Of a stretch of 64,000 nucleotides of DNA, positions 20,046 through 30,763 are shown in pieces (position 1 is the stretch's first letter; the number at the start of each line of letters is the position of its first letter). Below the pieces are notes generated by a model. The model saw only the letters and a program-made list of their open reading frames with translations, ran no database searches and was not told the origin of the DNA. The DNA lies in contig JBAXKC010000001.1 in NCBI GenBank assembly GCA_037137535.1, positions 32,001 through 96,000 on the forward strand, written 5' to 3'. The stretch is from a bacterium. Lineage in GTDB: Bacteria; Cyanobacteriota; Vampirovibrionia; Gastranaerophilales; JBAXKC01. The translations under genes and the position numbers were made by a program.

Positions 20046-21311
20046 ATGCCAACGAGGGATATTTTGGCAGGGGAGCAAAAAATGAGCCTATTTGATGAAT
20101 TTGAAAACAAAAATAAACAAATTCCACTAGCAGATATTTTAAGACCAAAAACACTCGAAGAATATTTGGGTCAAAATGACATAACAAACGAAAACTCTTC
20201 ATTGATAAATTTATTAAAGTCGGGCAGACTTTTTTCATTGATATTATGGGGGCCTCCTGGCTGTGGTAAAACGACTTTAGCTAAAATAATAGCAGAAGAA
20301 AGTAACAGTATTTTAAAAGAATTAAGTGCAGTAAACTCAGGAATAAAAGACATAAGAGAAATTGTTGAAAATGCAAAAAGAGAGCTTCAGTACACAGGAA
20401 GAAAAACATTAGTATTTATAGATGAAATTCATAGATATACTAAAACACAACAAGATGCACTACTTCCACAATTAGAAAATGGTACATTATACTTACTCGG
20501 AGCAACTACTGAAAACCCGTCTTTTCAAGTAATACCTGCGCTTCTGTCAAGAACACATGTATTAATGCTCAAATCAATTGATAGAGAAAATATTTTAACC
20601 ATAGTACGAAAAGGTTTTAAATATTTAATTGAAAAATATGGAAAAATAACGATTCAACCTGAAATAGGCGAATTTATAGTAAATTATGCCAATGGCGATG
20701 CAAGAACAGCCTTAAACATGGTAGAAAGCGGCTATTTTTGTGCAAAAGGCGGAGGCTTAAACAAATTAACAGTTGATGTATTAGAAAATTTAATGCAAAA
20801 AAGGTATTCAGGATTAAGTGATCAGGACTACTATGATTTAATTTCTGCTTTTCAAAAAAGCTTACGTGGCTCAAGTGCAGATGCAGCAGTTTATTGGCTT
20901 GCAAGAATGCTTACTTTAGGGCAAGACCCACGATATATTGCAAGAAGGCTTATAGTTACAGCAAGTGAGGACATAGGAAACGCTGATCCAATGGCACTAA
21001 ACATTGCTATTAATGCCTATAAAGCATGTGAAATACTGGGAATGCCAGAAGTAAGAATCGTATTGTCTCAAGCCGCAATATATCTTGCAAACGCAAAAAA
21101 ATCAAATATGAGCATAACTGCAATAGACAGCGCATTACATGATATACAAAAAAATGGTAAAATTTATCCTGTTCCAAACCACTTAAAAGACACCCACTAT
21201 AAAGATTCCAACAGATATGGCTTTGGTGAAGGGTACATATATACGCATGAAAATCCCGAAATTAAACAAAACTTTATGCCGGAAGAAATAAAAGATAAAA
21301 AATACACATAA
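20046..21311 (+). CDS. rarA: Replication-associated recombination protein A (RarA/MgsA)
   Basis: PLADILRP, WGPPGCGKTT, DEIHR, GATTENP, ASEDIGNADP; start may be the ATG at 20082. Confidence 0.92.
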   Translation: MPTRDILAGEQKMSLFDEFENKNKQIPLADILRPKTLEEYLGQNDITNENSSLINLLKSGRLFSLILWGPPGCGKTTLAKIIAEESNSILKELSAVNSGIKDIREIVENAKRELQYTGRKTLVFIDEIHRYTKTQQDALLPQLENGTLYLLGATTENPSFQVIPALLSRTHVLMLKSIDRENILTIVRKGFKYLIEKYGKITIQPEIGEFIVNYANGDARTALNMVESGYFCAKGGGLNKLTVDVLENLMQKRYSGLSDQDYYDLISAFQKSLRGSSADAAVYWLARMLTLGQDPRYIARRLIVTASEDIGNADPMALNIAINAYKACEILGMPEVRIVLSQAAIYLANAKKSNMSITAIDSALHDIQKNGKIYPVPNHLKDTHYKDSNRYGFGEGYIYTHENPEIKQNFMPEEIKDKKYT

Positions 21312-21341
21312 AAAAACTCCCTTATAATAAGGGAGTTTTTT
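21311..21341. terminator. Bidirectional terminator between rarA and rpsI
   Basis: aaaaaactccctta-taa-taagggagtttttt. Confidence 0.85.
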
Positions 21342-21357
21342 ATATAAAAGAATATGA

Positions 21358-21753
21358 TTATCTTTTTGAGAACTGGAATCTTTTTCTAGCTCTTTTTCTA
21401 CCATATTTTTTACGTTCTTTTACTCTGGAATCTCTTGTTAAGAGACCTTCAGGACGTAAAATTGACTTGTTTTCTTCATTCACAAGCAAAAGAGCTCTTG
21501 AAATTCCGTGTCTGATAGCAGAAGCTTGACCGCTTATACCACCACCAACAACTTTAATATGAACATCAAAGCTATTTTCATTTTGTGTTAAAACCAGCGG
21601 TTGATAAATCATCATTTCAAGTGCAGGTCTATTACCGATATAATCTTTAATAGTTCTGTTATTGATGAAAACTCTACCTTTTCCAGCAACTAATTTAACA
21701 CTGGCAATAGCGCATTTTCTGCGACCTGTTCCGCGTTGTCCGGTTAATGCCAT
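21358..21753 (-). CDS. rpsI: 30S ribosomal protein S9
   Basis: GTGRRK...GGGISGQ...RFQFSKR. Confidence 0.98.
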   Translation of the reverse strand: MALTGQRGTGRRKCAIASVKLVAGKGRVFINNRTIKDYIGNRPALEMMIYQPLVLTQNENSFDVHIKVVGGGISGQASAIRHGISRALLLVNEENKSILRPEGLLTRDSRVKERKKYGRKRARKRFQFSKR

Positions 21754-22196
21754 TATTTGTTACCCTCCGATAGGTTGTATTCGATTGGTGACTGAGCTTG
21801 ATGCGGATGCTCAGGACCAGCATAGACTTTAAGTTTTTTAAGTTGATTAGCACCAAGTGTATTATGCTGAAGCATACCTTTAACAGCTTTCATTATCGGT
21901 CTGGTAGGGTGCTTTTGCATTAAAGCTTGGAAACTGATTGCTCTTAAACCTGACGGATGTCCTGTGTGATGATAGTAAATTTTATCAGTAGCTTTTTTAC
22001 CTGTAACTCTGATTTTTTCAGCGTTGATAACTATGACAAAATCTCCGGTATCTTCGTGAGGTGTATATTCAGGCTTGTGCTTACCACGTAAAATATTTGA
22101 TATTAAAGAAGCTAAACGTCCAAGAGTTTGTCCTTCAGCATCAATAACATACCATTTAGTTTCTACTTCACGAGGCTTCGCAGAATAAGTTTTCAT
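21753..22196 (-). CDS. rplM: 50S ribosomal protein L13
   Basis: WYVIDA...LGRLAS...RGKHKP.YTPH.DTGD. Confidence 0.98.
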   Translation of the reverse strand: MKTYSAKPREVETKWYVIDAEGQTLGRLASLISNILRGKHKPEYTPHEDTGDFVIVINAEKIRVTGKKATDKIYYHHTGHPSGLRAISFQALMQKHPTRPIMKAVKGMLQHNTLGANQLKKLKVYAGPEHPHQAQSPIEYNLSEGNK

Positions 22197-22995
22197 AATT
22201 TATAGCCTCCTTATTTAATAAATTAAGAGTATTATATTTCTCTTCGTATCCAACATACATAAGAGTTAAACCATCAGCTAGCGCAGTAGGCCCAGCTGCT
22301 TTCCTATCCTGTTTATTTAAAATATCCAGAATACTTTCAGGCGGATTAACCCCTTTACCGATAGGAAGCAAAGTTCCTACGATAATTCTTATCATATTAT
22401 ATAAAAACCTGTTTGCAGCAAGGTCAATAATAATTAGATTATTTTCCCTTTTGCATTCAGCTTTATACATATTGCACACTCTTGCCGGGTTACTGCTGCT
22501 AGAACCTTTAAAACTATTAAAGTCGTGTTCTCCAACTATATATGCAAGAGCTTGATTCATTAAATTTAGATTTAATGGAGTCGATATATTCAATGATTCG
22601 TTCAACCAAACTGATCTCTGTGAACCATTATTTATAATATATCTGTACCATCTAAATTTCGCACTTTTTTGGCTGTGAAAATGTTCATCTGTTTCATTAA
22701 TTTCAGGAACCGACATATCTAATGGTAGCAATGAATTTAATGAATAATTAAATCGGTGTAGATCAATCATATTCTCGCTGTCAAAGTGCACTATTTGTCC
22801 TTTTGAGTGAACTCCCTTATCAGTTCTTCCAGAAAACACCGTTTTTACATTATTTTTCAATAAAATATTTAACGCATTTTCTAATTCCGATTGGACTGTT
22901 CTCAATTCGGGCTGTTTTTGGCTCCCCGCAAAGTTTTTGCCATTATACTCGACTACTAGAGCATATCTATATGGTTTTGAAATCAAACTTTGCAT
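22168..22995 (-). CDS. truA: tRNA pseudouridine(38-40) synthase
   Basis: [20 protein letters not shown]. Confidence 0.95.
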   Translation of the reverse strand: MQSLISKPYRYALVVEYNGKNFAGSQKQPELRTVQSELENALNILLKNNVKTVFSGRTDKGVHSKGQIVHFDSENMIDLHRFNYSLNSLLPLDMSVPEINETDEHFHSQKSAKFRWYRYIINNGSQRSVWLNESLNISTPLNLNLMNQALAYIVGEHDFNSFKGSSSSNPARVCNMYKAECKRENNLIIIDLAANRFLYNMIRIIVGTLLPIGKGVNPPESILDILNKQDRKAAGPTALADGLTLMYVGYEEKYNTLNLLNKEAINYENLFCEAS

Positions 22996-23002
22996 AATAC
23001 AA

Positions 23003-23449
23003 CTAGGAAAGTTGAATTAAAGCCATTTCGGTATTATCACCACGTCTTGGTGGCATTCTGTATACTCTGGTGTAACCGCCCTGTCTTTCTTGAGCGTTTT
23101 TAGCAACAACAGAGAATAATTTTCTTAGAACGGTAGCTTCAACTAATTTTCCGCCACATTCACATTTTGCTTCTTCTACTGATTGCTCATTATATGTATT
23201 GCAAGCAACACATACTGATCCAGCTACGCTATTATCATAAATAAAGTTAACAGCTTGTCTTCTAGCGTGAACATCGCCTCTTTTAGCAAGGGTAACGATT
23301 TTATCAGCATAGATTCTAAGTGCTTTAGCTTTTGCCATTGTAGTTTGGATTTCATCATATGTAAACAATGCAGTAGCCAAAGATCTTAAGAGAGCATCTC
23401 TTTGATCTTTTGGTCTTCCTAACAAATGTCTTTTACATTGGTGTCTCAT
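23003..23449 (-). CDS. rplQ: 50S ribosomal protein L17 with internal Cys-rich insertion
   Basis: MRH...LGR, TT.AKAK, GGYTR, RRGD; follows rpoA. Confidence 0.96.
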   Translation of the reverse strand: MRHQCKRHLLGRPKDQRDALLRSLATALFTYDEIQTTMAKAKALRIYADKIVTLAKRGDVHARRQAVNFIYDNSVAGSVCVACNTYNEQSVEEAKCECGGKLVEATVLRKLFSVVAKNAQERQGGYTRVYRMPPRRGDNTEMALIQLS

Positions 23450-23481
23450 TTTTATTAACCCTTATATATAATTTCTTTATA

Positions 23482-24459
23482 TTAAGACTGTAGTTCTTCT
23501 TCAATGATTGGATTTGGAGCTAAATTAAGACCAAACTGATGTAATTTTTCAATTACTTCATCTGAAGATTTTTTACCGAAGTTTTTAATGTTTAAAAGGT
23601 CATGTTCGGATTTAATCAACAGTTCTTGTAATGAATTAATGCTTGCTCTTTTTAAACAATTATAAGCTCTAACGGATAATTCAAGCTCTTCAATTCCAAT
23701 AGTTGGTGCTTGTTGTTCTTGTTTAGGTTCTTCAACAGGAGCAGCTACAGGAACAATAGTAGTTTGACCGGTTAATTGAGCAATTGGTAAGAAATGTTCA
23801 ATCAGAAGATTAGCTGAATGGCTAAGAGCTGAATTAACATCTACGCTACCATTTGTCCAAATTTCAAGAATGAGCTTATCAAAGTCAGTAATTTGTCCAA
23901 CACGTGTATTTTCAACAGTATAACTAACTCTTCTCACAGGCATAAATGCAGCATCAATAGGCAACATATCAATAGCCATTGAACCGCCTTTAGCTTCTTT
24001 TTGAGCTTCAACTGTCATATAACCTTTTCCTGTTTCTACAACGATGTCTGCATGAATGCTTCCACCTTCAGCAACAGTACATATTACCCAATCAGGATTT
24101 ATAACTTTAACGCCTGCAGGTAATTGTAAGTCAGCGGCTAAAACAGGTCCAGGTGAATCCACATCTAATCTTAAAGTTTGAATTTCGTTACTATCAGTTT
24201 TTACGACAAGTCCTTTAAGATTAAGGATGATGTCGATAACGTCTTCAACGATACCAGGAATTGAAGTATATTCGTGAGTAATCCCTTCAATTCTAACTGC
24301 TGTTATAGCAGCTCCTTCAAGGCTAGAAAGTAAAACTCTTCTTAAAGAGTTTCCAATTGTTGTTCCATAACCTCTTTCTAAAGGCTCAATCACGAATTTA
24401 CCGTATATTGAACCATCAGAATCAGTTGTAGTGTTAACACACTTAATTTTTAAATCCAT
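23482..24459 (-). CDS. rpoA: RNA polymerase alpha subunit
   Basis: EPLERGYGTTIGNSLRRVLLSS, LSVRAYNCLK. Confidence 0.98.
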   Translation of the reverse strand: MDLKIKCVNTTTDSDGSIYGKFVIEPLERGYGTTIGNSLRRVLLSSLEGAAITAVRIEGITHEYTSIPGIVEDVIDIILNLKGLVVKTDSNEIQTLRLDVDSPGPVLAADLQLPAGVKVINPDWVICTVAEGGSIHADIVVETGKGYMTVEAQKEAKGGSMAIDMLPIDAAFMPVRRVSYTVENTRVGQITDFDKLILEIWTNGSVDVNSALSHSANLLIEHFLPIAQLTGQTTIVPVAAPVEEPKQEQQAPTIGIEELELSVRAYNCLKRASINSLQELLIKSEHDLLNIKNFGKKSSDEVIEKLHQFGLNLAPNPIIEEELQS

Positions 24460-24483
24460 AATGGTACTTACAACCTCCCAAGA

Positions 24484-25104
24484 TTACTTAGAATAGTATT
24501 CAATAATCAGCTGTTCCTTAACATTAGGATCAAGCTGTTCTCTTTCAGGAAGAGAAACAAGTTTAACTGTTAATTTATCTTGGTCAACTGTAAGCCAAGC
24601 TGGTGGAGCAGCAACTGAAACTTGCTCGGTAATTCCTTTAATAAGGCTAACGCTTTTTTCTTTAACGCCAATCTCATCGCCTGGTTTTACTCTATATGAT
24701 GGAATATTAACGGTTCTTCCATTAACGGTAAAATGTTTATGTCTGATAAGTTGTCTTGAATGTTTACGTCCTTGAGTAAATCCGGTTCTAGCAAGAACGC
24801 TATCAAGTCTTGACTCCAGCATTTGAAGAAGGATTGTTCCGGTAACACCTTTTTTTCTTGCAGCTTCTGCGAAGTATCTGGAGAATTGTTTTTCAAGTAC
24901 TAAATATGTATGACGTACTTTTTGTTTTTCATGGAGGTGGATTGCGTATTCAGAAAGTTTCTTTCTAGCTTTACCATGTTGGCCTGAGCCATAAGGTCTT
25001 TTTTCAACAGCGCATTTATTTGAATAACAACGCTCACCTTTTAAGAATAATTTTTGCCCTTTATTTCTGCATAACTTGCAAACGGGTCCTGTATATCTAG
25101 CCAA
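24484..25104 (-). CDS. rpsD: 30S ribosomal protein S4 (Cys-containing zinc form, TTG start)
   Basis: ARYTGPVCKLCR, LESRLD, IIEYYSK. Confidence 0.97.
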   Translation of the reverse strand: MARYTGPVCKLCRNKGQKLFLKGERCYSNKCAVEKRPYGSGQHGKARKKLSEYAIHLHEKQKVRHTYLVLEKQFSRYFAEAARKKGVTGTILLQMLESRLDSVLARTGFTQGRKHSRQLIRHKHFTVNGRTVNIPSYRVKPGDEIGVKEKSVSLIKGITEQVSVAAPPAWLTVDQDKLTVKLVSLPEREQLDPNVKEQLIIEYYSK

Positions 25105-25134
25105 TTTGAGTGACTCCTTCGCCGATTGTTATTA

Positions 25135-25524
25135 TTACACTCTTCTTTTCTTTGGAGGACGGCAACCGTTATGTGGAATTGGAGTTACATCTTTAATAAG
25201 TGTAATTTCAAGTCCAGCAGATTGAATTGCTCTGATCGCTGTCTCTCTTCCAGATCCTGGTCCGTTAACAAAAACTTCAACAGTTTTCATTCCTTGTTCC
25301 ATGGATTTTTTTGCTACTGACTCAGCCGCTGACTGTGCTGCAAAAGGTGTTCCTTTTCTAGCGCCTTTAAATCCGCTTGTTCCGGCACTAGACCACGCAA
25401 TTGCGTTACCCATCATATCAGTAGAAGTAACGATTGTATTATTAAATGTTGACTGGATATGAACTCTACCCTGAACAACATTCTTTTTCTCTTTCTTTTT
25501 AACTTTGGTTTTAACTTTAGCCAT
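25135..25524 (-). CDS. rpsK: 30S ribosomal protein S11
   Basis: [21 protein letters not shown]. Confidence 0.98.
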   Translation of the reverse strand: MAKVKTKVKKKEKKNVVQGRVHIQSTFNNTIVTSTDMMGNAIAWSSAGTSGFKGARKGTPFAAQSAAESVAKKSMEQGMKTVEVFVNGPGSGRETAIRAIQSAGLEITLIKDVTPIPHNGCRPPKKRRV

Positions 25525-25545
25525 TATATTAATCCTCTCAGGTTA

Positions 25546-25911
25546 TTATTTCTTCTTAGATACAGGTCCTGATTTCTTTCCGCGTCTTGTTCTAGCGTTT
25601 GTTTTAGTTCTTTGACCGCGAAGAGGAAGACCACGACGGTGACGAATACCTCTGTAAGAATTAATTTCCATAAGTCTTTTAATATCAAGTCCGATTTTTC
25701 TTCTTAAGTCACCTTCAACTTGATGCTTGTCAATTTGTTCTCTTAATTTGTTGATATCATCTTCGGTCAGATTATCAGATCTTAAATCTTCAGAAATACC
25801 ACTAGCTTCGAGGATTTGTTTTGACAAAGCCGGCCCTATTCCAAATATGTATGTTAGAGCAATTACCATTTTTTTGTTTCTTGGCAAATCAACTCCAGCA
25901 ATTCGTGCCAT
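25546..25911 (-). CDS. rpsM: 30S ribosomal protein S13
   Basis: [22 protein letters not shown]. Confidence 0.98.
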   Translation of the reverse strand: MARIAGVDLPRNKKMVIALTYIFGIGPALSKQILEASGISEDLRSDNLTEDDINKLREQIDKHQVEGDLRRKIGLDIKRLMEINSYRGIRHRRGLPLRGQRTKTNARTRRGKKSGPVSKKK

Positions 25912-25999
25912 TTAACGCTCCTTTATCATTACAATTTATGTGATTAACTTAACATTTTATTTTTATATAACAAGAAAACTGCTTAACGTTACGGATAAA

Positions 26000-26113
26000 T
26001 TATCCTTGTCTTTGTTTGTGCTTAGGATTTTCACAAATAACTGCGACTCTGCCTTTTCTTCTGATAACTTTACATTTATCGCAAATTTTCTTTACTGATG
26101 CTCTTACTTTCAT
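26000..26113 (-). CDS. rpmJ: 50S ribosomal protein L36 (not in ORF track)
   Basis: Manual translation: [37 protein letters not shown]. Confidence 0.97.
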   Translation of the reverse strand: MKVRASVKKICDKCKVIRRKGRVAVICENPKHKQRQG

Positions 26114-26127
26114 CGCTATTTATCCTT

Positions 26128-26352
26128 TTATCCTTTCAACCTGTAAGTTATTCGTCCTCTTGTTAAATCATATGGTGTTAATTCAACTTTAACCTTGTCA
26201 CCGGGTAAAATTCTGATGAAATTTTTTCTAATTTTTCCCGAAATATGAGCAAGCACCATATGCCCGTTCTCAAGCTCTACCTTGAACATGGCATTTGGCA
26301 GAGATTCTATGATTGTTCCTTCAAATTCTATAACGTCTTTAGACATTAACAC
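26128..26352 (-). CDS. infA: Translation initiation factor IF-1
   Basis: LPNAMF.V.LENG...AHISGK...YDLTRGRI. Confidence 0.97.
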   Translation of the reverse strand: MLMSKDVIEFEGTIIESLPNAMFKVELENGHMVLAHISGKIRKNFIRILPGDKVKVELTPYDLTRGRITYRLKG

Positions 26353-26593
26353 CTCTTGTTTTAGTGAATTATTTTATATACTTACAACTAAAAATTAATC
26401 TATATATATCAATTCTAAAATGAACATGATTAATTACAAGGATTTTATTCACTTCCAAGCAATTATACGGTCATGATTGTAAATAAATTGCAACAAATTC
26501 ACTGCTATATCAATTTATTATAGACAAACCCTTGCTATAAAAGCGTTAAAGCCTGTCAACTGCCTGATGGTATAAGACTTTGATGTGCAACTC

Positions 26594-27346
26594 TTATTTT
26601 AGTAAAGTCAAAATATCAGGTCCGTCATCACTTACATGTACTGTATGTTCAAAATGTGCCGAAAATTTTCCGTCATTAGTCACAACTGTCCACTGATCGG
26701 AAAGGGTATGAACTTCTCCGGTTCCTAGATTAAACATAGGCTCAATAGCTAAAACCATACCAGGCTTTAACTCTGCACCCGGAGTTCCAGTACGATAATT
26801 AAAAACAAATGGGTCTTCATGCATTTTTTTACCAATGCCATGTCCACCATACTGTTTTACAATACCTAAACCGTGCATGTTTCCTCTGTCTTCAATAGCT
26901 CCGGATATATCTTGAAGGCAGTTACCAGATATCATTTTTTCAATCGCATCATATAGAGCTTGATTAGTAATCTCTAAAAGCTGCTTTGTTTCATCGCTTA
27001 TTGTGCCAATAGCAACGGTGATGGCAGAATCGCCGACAAGTCCTTTATAAGTTGCTCCAACATCAATACTTATAATGTCTCCGTCTTTAAGAATAACATC
27101 AGGAGATGGTATTCCATGTACAACTTGCTCATTAACAGAGGCGCATATTGATGCAGGGTATCCAAAATAACCTTTAAAGGACGGAATAGCATTGTTTTTT
27201 TTGATTATTTTTTCTGCTATTTCGTCAAGTTCTGCTGTAGATATGCCAGGGCGCGCAGCTTCTCTCATCGTTTGCAACGCTTCAGCGACGATGGAGCCTG
27301 CTGTTCTCATAAGTGATATTTCATATCTGGATTTTTTTGTAATCAT
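26594..27346 (-). CDS. map: Methionine aminopeptidase type I
   Basis: SVNEQVVHGIP, GHGIG, AIEPM, SAHFEHT. Confidence 0.96.
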   Translation of the reverse strand: MITKKSRYEISLMRTAGSIVAEALQTMREAARPGISTAELDEIAEKIIKKNNAIPSFKGYFGYPASICASVNEQVVHGIPSPDVILKDGDIISIDVGATYKGLVGDSAITVAIGTISDETKQLLEITNQALYDAIEKMISGNCLQDISGAIEDRGNMHGLGIVKQYGGHGIGKKMHEDPFVFNYRTGTPGAELKPGMVLAIEPMFNLGTGEVHTLSDQWTVVTNDGKFSAHFEHTVHVSDDGPDILTLLK

Positions 27347-27347
27347 T

Positions 27348-27998
27348 TTATAGACCCAATTCTTTCTTCATATCGGCATATATAAGATCTATTGCTCTAT
27401 CTCCATCAATGTTTTTGATTACACCTCTATTAGTATAATAATTAATCAATGGTTCAGTTTCTCTTTTATATGTGTCAATTCTTCTGACTGCATTTTCTTT
27501 TGAATCGTCAGATCTTTGGGTTAAATCACCACCACACTTATCGCAAAGATTTTCATCTTTAGGCGGATGGAATTTTAAATTATATTTTTCACCACAGTTG
27601 GCGCAAGTTTTTCTATATGCCATTCTATCAACAAGAATATCTTCAGGAATTTCAATGTTTATAACGGCATTAATTTCCTTTGAAATTTCTTTTAAAATAA
27701 CATCAAGACCTTCTGCCTGTTCTGTGCTTCTTGGAAAACCATCAAGGATAAAGCCCTTATCGCAATCAGATTTTAACAATCTTTCTTTAATAAGTCCAAT
27801 TACTATATCAGCTGGAACAAGCTGTCCATTTTCCATAAATGTTTTTGCAATTTTCCCGAGTTCCGTACCTTCTGATACAGCAGCTCTTAAAATGCTACCT
27901 GTATCAACATGAGGTAAGTTTAATTCTTGAGAAAGAATGCTGGCTTGTGTACCTTTACCTGATCCTGGAGCACCAAGAAATATTACTTGTAACTTCAT
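27348..27998 (-). CDS. adk: Adenylate kinase (zinc-LID type)
   Basis: GAPGSGKGT, DGFPR, CANCG...CDKCG. Confidence 0.96.
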   Translation of the reverse strand: MKLQVIFLGAPGSGKGTQASILSQELNLPHVDTGSILRAAVSEGTELGKIAKTFMENGQLVPADIVIGLIKERLLKSDCDKGFILDGFPRSTEQAEGLDVILKEISKEINAVINIEIPEDILVDRMAYRKTCANCGEKYNLKFHPPKDENLCDKCGGDLTQRSDDSKENAVRRIDTYKRETEPLINYYTNRGVIKNIDGDRAIDLIYADMKKELGL

Positions 27999-29332
27999 TG
28001 TTTTAAGAATCCTTCATATTGTCTTGCAAGCAAATGAACTTTAATCTGATTGATAAAGTCTAAACCAACACCAACCATGATTATCAAAGCTGTTGCCCCA
28101 AGCCCTTGTAATGTTGTTATTTGAGTAAAATATGTCGCAAGGTTAGGAACTAAAGCAATGACACCAAGTCCTACCGCACCGATAAAGGTTGTTCTTGATA
28201 ATATTTTATCTATAACATCAGCTGTCGGCTTACCAGGTTTAATACCAGGAATTGAACTGCCGTATTTTTTTAGGTTATTTGCAATTTCTTTTGGTTGCAT
28301 GCTAGGAACAATTGAAGCGTAAAAGAAAGTCAACACAACGATAAGGGTAAAATAAATTATGTAATAATAAATACCGTTTGGATCAAGCAAAGTATTATTA
28401 ATAAAACTTGCTATATTGCCGACAACGGAATGCCCCAATTGTGGAGACTTACTAATTGCTTCAAAAACAGTTCTTGGGAATATCATAATTGCAACTGTGA
28501 AAATGATTGGCATAACACCACCCGGATTAAGCTTGAAAGGAATAAAAGTATTTACCCCTCCATAGACTTTATTTCCGACTTGTCTTTTTGCATTTATGAT
28601 AATAACTTTTCTTATCGCTTCCTGCATAATGACAATTAAGAAAATTGTAGCTATATAAATAGCAAGAAGAACTAATAATCCTATTATTTTACCTGGGTCA
28701 TGTGAAACCTGAGTCCAAGTTGTACTTGAATAATAAGGAATTCTGGACAATATTCCGACAAATATCAATAAAGAAGCGCCATTTCCAATACCACGTTCGG
28801 TTATCAGTTCGGCAATCCACATAATCAGCATAGAACCAGCAGTCATAGCGAGTGCTGATTCTACGATAAATAATGGTCTTGAAACAGTTGAAATCAATAA
28901 TCCATGTTGATTAGAAAGAAACAACATAAAAACAGTTGACTGGAAAAAAGCTAACACAACGCTGAAAACTCTTGTATATTGAGCCAATTTGCGTCTGCCT
29001 GCTTCCCCTTCCTGTTTTTGAAGATTTTCAAAATGTGGAACTATTGAGGATAACAACTGCATGATAATTGAGGAAGTAATATATGGTCCAATTCCCAAAG
29101 CAAATATAGAAACTTTGCTCAAGGCACCACCTGAAAACAGATCAAGGAAACCTAATAAATTTTGATTACCTACATGTTCTAATGCTGCATGATTAATTCC
29201 AAAAATAGGAAGGTGTGTTCCGAGACGGAACACAGCAATCATTAAAAATGTAAATATCAATTTTTCTTTTAAGCCTGATGCTTGCCACATTCCTGCAATT
29301 TCTGCGGGTGTTGGCACCTTAGCTTTAGCCAT
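27995..29332 (-). CDS. secY: Preprotein translocase SecY
   Basis: SIFALGIGPYITSSII, GIGNGASL, IPGIKPG. Confidence 0.97.
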   Translation of the reverse strand: MAKAKVPTPAEIAGMWQASGLKEKLIFTFLMIAVFRLGTHLPIFGINHAALEHVGNQNLLGFLDLFSGGALSKVSIFALGIGPYITSSIIMQLLSSIVPHFENLQKQEGEAGRRKLAQYTRVFSVVLAFFQSTVFMLFLSNQHGLLISTVSRPLFIVESALAMTAGSMLIMWIAELITERGIGNGASLLIFVGILSRIPYYSSTTWTQVSHDPGKIIGLLVLLAIYIATIFLIVIMQEAIRKVIIINAKRQVGNKVYGGVNTFIPFKLNPGGVMPIIFTVAIMIFPRTVFEAISKSPQLGHSVVGNIASFINNTLLDPNGIYYYIIYFTLIVVLTFFYASIVPSMQPKEIANNLKKYGSSIPGIKPGKPTADVIDKILSRTTFIGAVGLGVIALVPNLATYFTQITTLQGLGATALIIMVGVGLDFINQIKVHLLARQYEGFLKQ

Positions 29333-29334
29333 TT

Positions 29335-29799
29335 TTATACTACCTCTGCTTTACCGCCTGCTGCTTCAATTTTTGCTTTTGCGGATGCTGTGAAATAAGC
29401 TGCTTTAACTGATACAGCTTTTGTTACTTCACCGTTGCCAAGTACTCTTAATGCTTCATATTTTTTTGTAAATAAACCTTTTTGCTTAAGAACAGTAAGA
29501 TTAATTTCAGCATCATCAAATTTATTCAAATCGCTTACGTTAATTTCAGCAAAAATAATTGGGTTTACAATTGTCATACCTTTTAATTTAGGAAGTCTTC
29601 TGTAAGCAGGCATTTGTCCGCCTTCGAAGCCTCTTTTAGCGCTTTGTCCTGATCTTTGACCTTCACCGTTATGACCGCGGCAACATGTTTTACCATGACC
29701 TGAACTACGTCCTCTACCTTTTCTTTTTACTCTATGGGTAGCACCGTCAGCTGGTCTTAAATCTGTTAATTCAATTCTGTTATCCATTATTATAGTCAC
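29335..29799 (-). CDS. rplO: 50S ribosomal protein L15
   Basis: GRG.SSGHGKT, GFEGGQMP, KIEAAGG; true start may be a downstream ATG (MDNRI). Confidence 0.96.
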   Translation of the reverse strand: MTIIMDNRIELTDLRPADGATHRVKRKGRGRSSGHGKTCCRGHNGEGQRSGQSAKRGFEGGQMPAYRRLPKLKGMTIVNPIIFAEINVSDLNKFDDAEINLTVLKQKGLFTKKYEALRVLGNGEVTKAVSVKAAYFTASAKAKIEAAGGKAEVV

Positions 29800-29809
29800 C
29801 TTGTTATAT

Positions 29810-29989
29810 TTATTCTACAGTTACTAAGTGGCTTACTTTATTAATCATTCCTCTAATAACAGGAGTATCTTTATGAACTACTGTTTGGTTTGTTTTAGAC
29901 ATTCCAAGTGCAGCAGCATTTTTTCTTTGTTTTTCGGAACGACCAATTAAACTTTTCTTTAAAGTAACTTTTATTTCTTTTTCAGACAT
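29810..29989 (-). CDS. rpmD: 50S ribosomal protein L30 (not in ORF track)
   Basis: Manual translation: [59 protein letters not shown]; lies between rpsE and rplO. Confidence 0.95.
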   Translation of the reverse strand: MSEKEIKVTLKKSLIGRSEKQRKNAAALGMSKTNQTVVHKDTPVIRGMINKVSHLVTVE

Positions 29990-30018
29990 TTTTATATTCC
30001 TTTAATCCTATCTATTGC

Positions 30019-30573
30019 CTATGACAACATTTCTTTAAGTGTTAGACCTCTTGAAGCAGCAACATCTGCGAATGGTCTTAACATTTGAAGTGCATCCATA
30101 GTAGCTCTAGCAGCATTAAGCGGTGATTTTGATCCTAATGACTTACAAAGGATGTTTTCAACACCAGCAAGCTCAAGAACAGCTCTTGCAGAGCCACCAG
30201 CGTTAACTCCAGTACCTTCACTTGCAGGTCTAAGTATGATTTTACCAGCCCCTGATCTACCAACAGCAGGGTGAGGAATGGATTTTTTAAACATAGGAAC
30301 TTTAATTAAGCTCTTTTTAGCATCAGCAACACCCTTTTGGATAGCACCGATAACTTCGCTGGATTTACCAACTCCGACACCAACTTGTCCATTAGCGTTT
30401 CCAACAACTACAACAGCTCTAAAGCTAAGTTTTTTTCCGCCTTTAACAACTTTTGTAACTCTTCTGATTTGAATTACTTTTTCTTTCCATTCAGAAGCAG
30501 CTCTTCCTTGTTCGGACTCGTCTTTTTTATTCTCGTCTCTATTTCTACGGCCTCTTTTTACTTGTTCTTCCAC
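30019..30573 (-). CDS. rpsE: 30S ribosomal protein S5 (GTG start)
   Basis: [16 protein letters not shown]. Confidence 0.97.
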   Translation of the reverse strand: MEEQVKRGRRNRDENKKDESEQGRAASEWKEKVIQIRRVTKVVKGGKKLSFRAVVVVGNANGQVGVGVGKSSEVIGAIQKGVADAKKSLIKVPMFKKSIPHPAVGRSGAGKIILRPASEGTGVNAGGSARAVLELAGVENILCKSLGSKSPLNAARATMDALQMLRPFADVAASRGLTLKEMLS

Positions 30574-30763
30574 TTTATTACCTCTCGTTTGTATACTAGT
30601 TTAATTTACTAAATAATAAAAACAAACTACACAATGCCAACTTGAACAAGTTAACATGATTATGCAATTCTTTTTTTTAATAAAGCTGAGGATGGGTTAA
30701 TCCATGACTTTATTATAAAGGGGTTGGCTTTCTGATATTCAATCAATATCATGGACATGAAAG

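Noticed and set aside
27472-27912. 146-aa antisense ORF in adk (likewise others such as 6560-6907, 40858-41274, 43504-43872, 50784-51104)
   Set aside because: Shadow ORFs opposite well-supported genes; no motifs.
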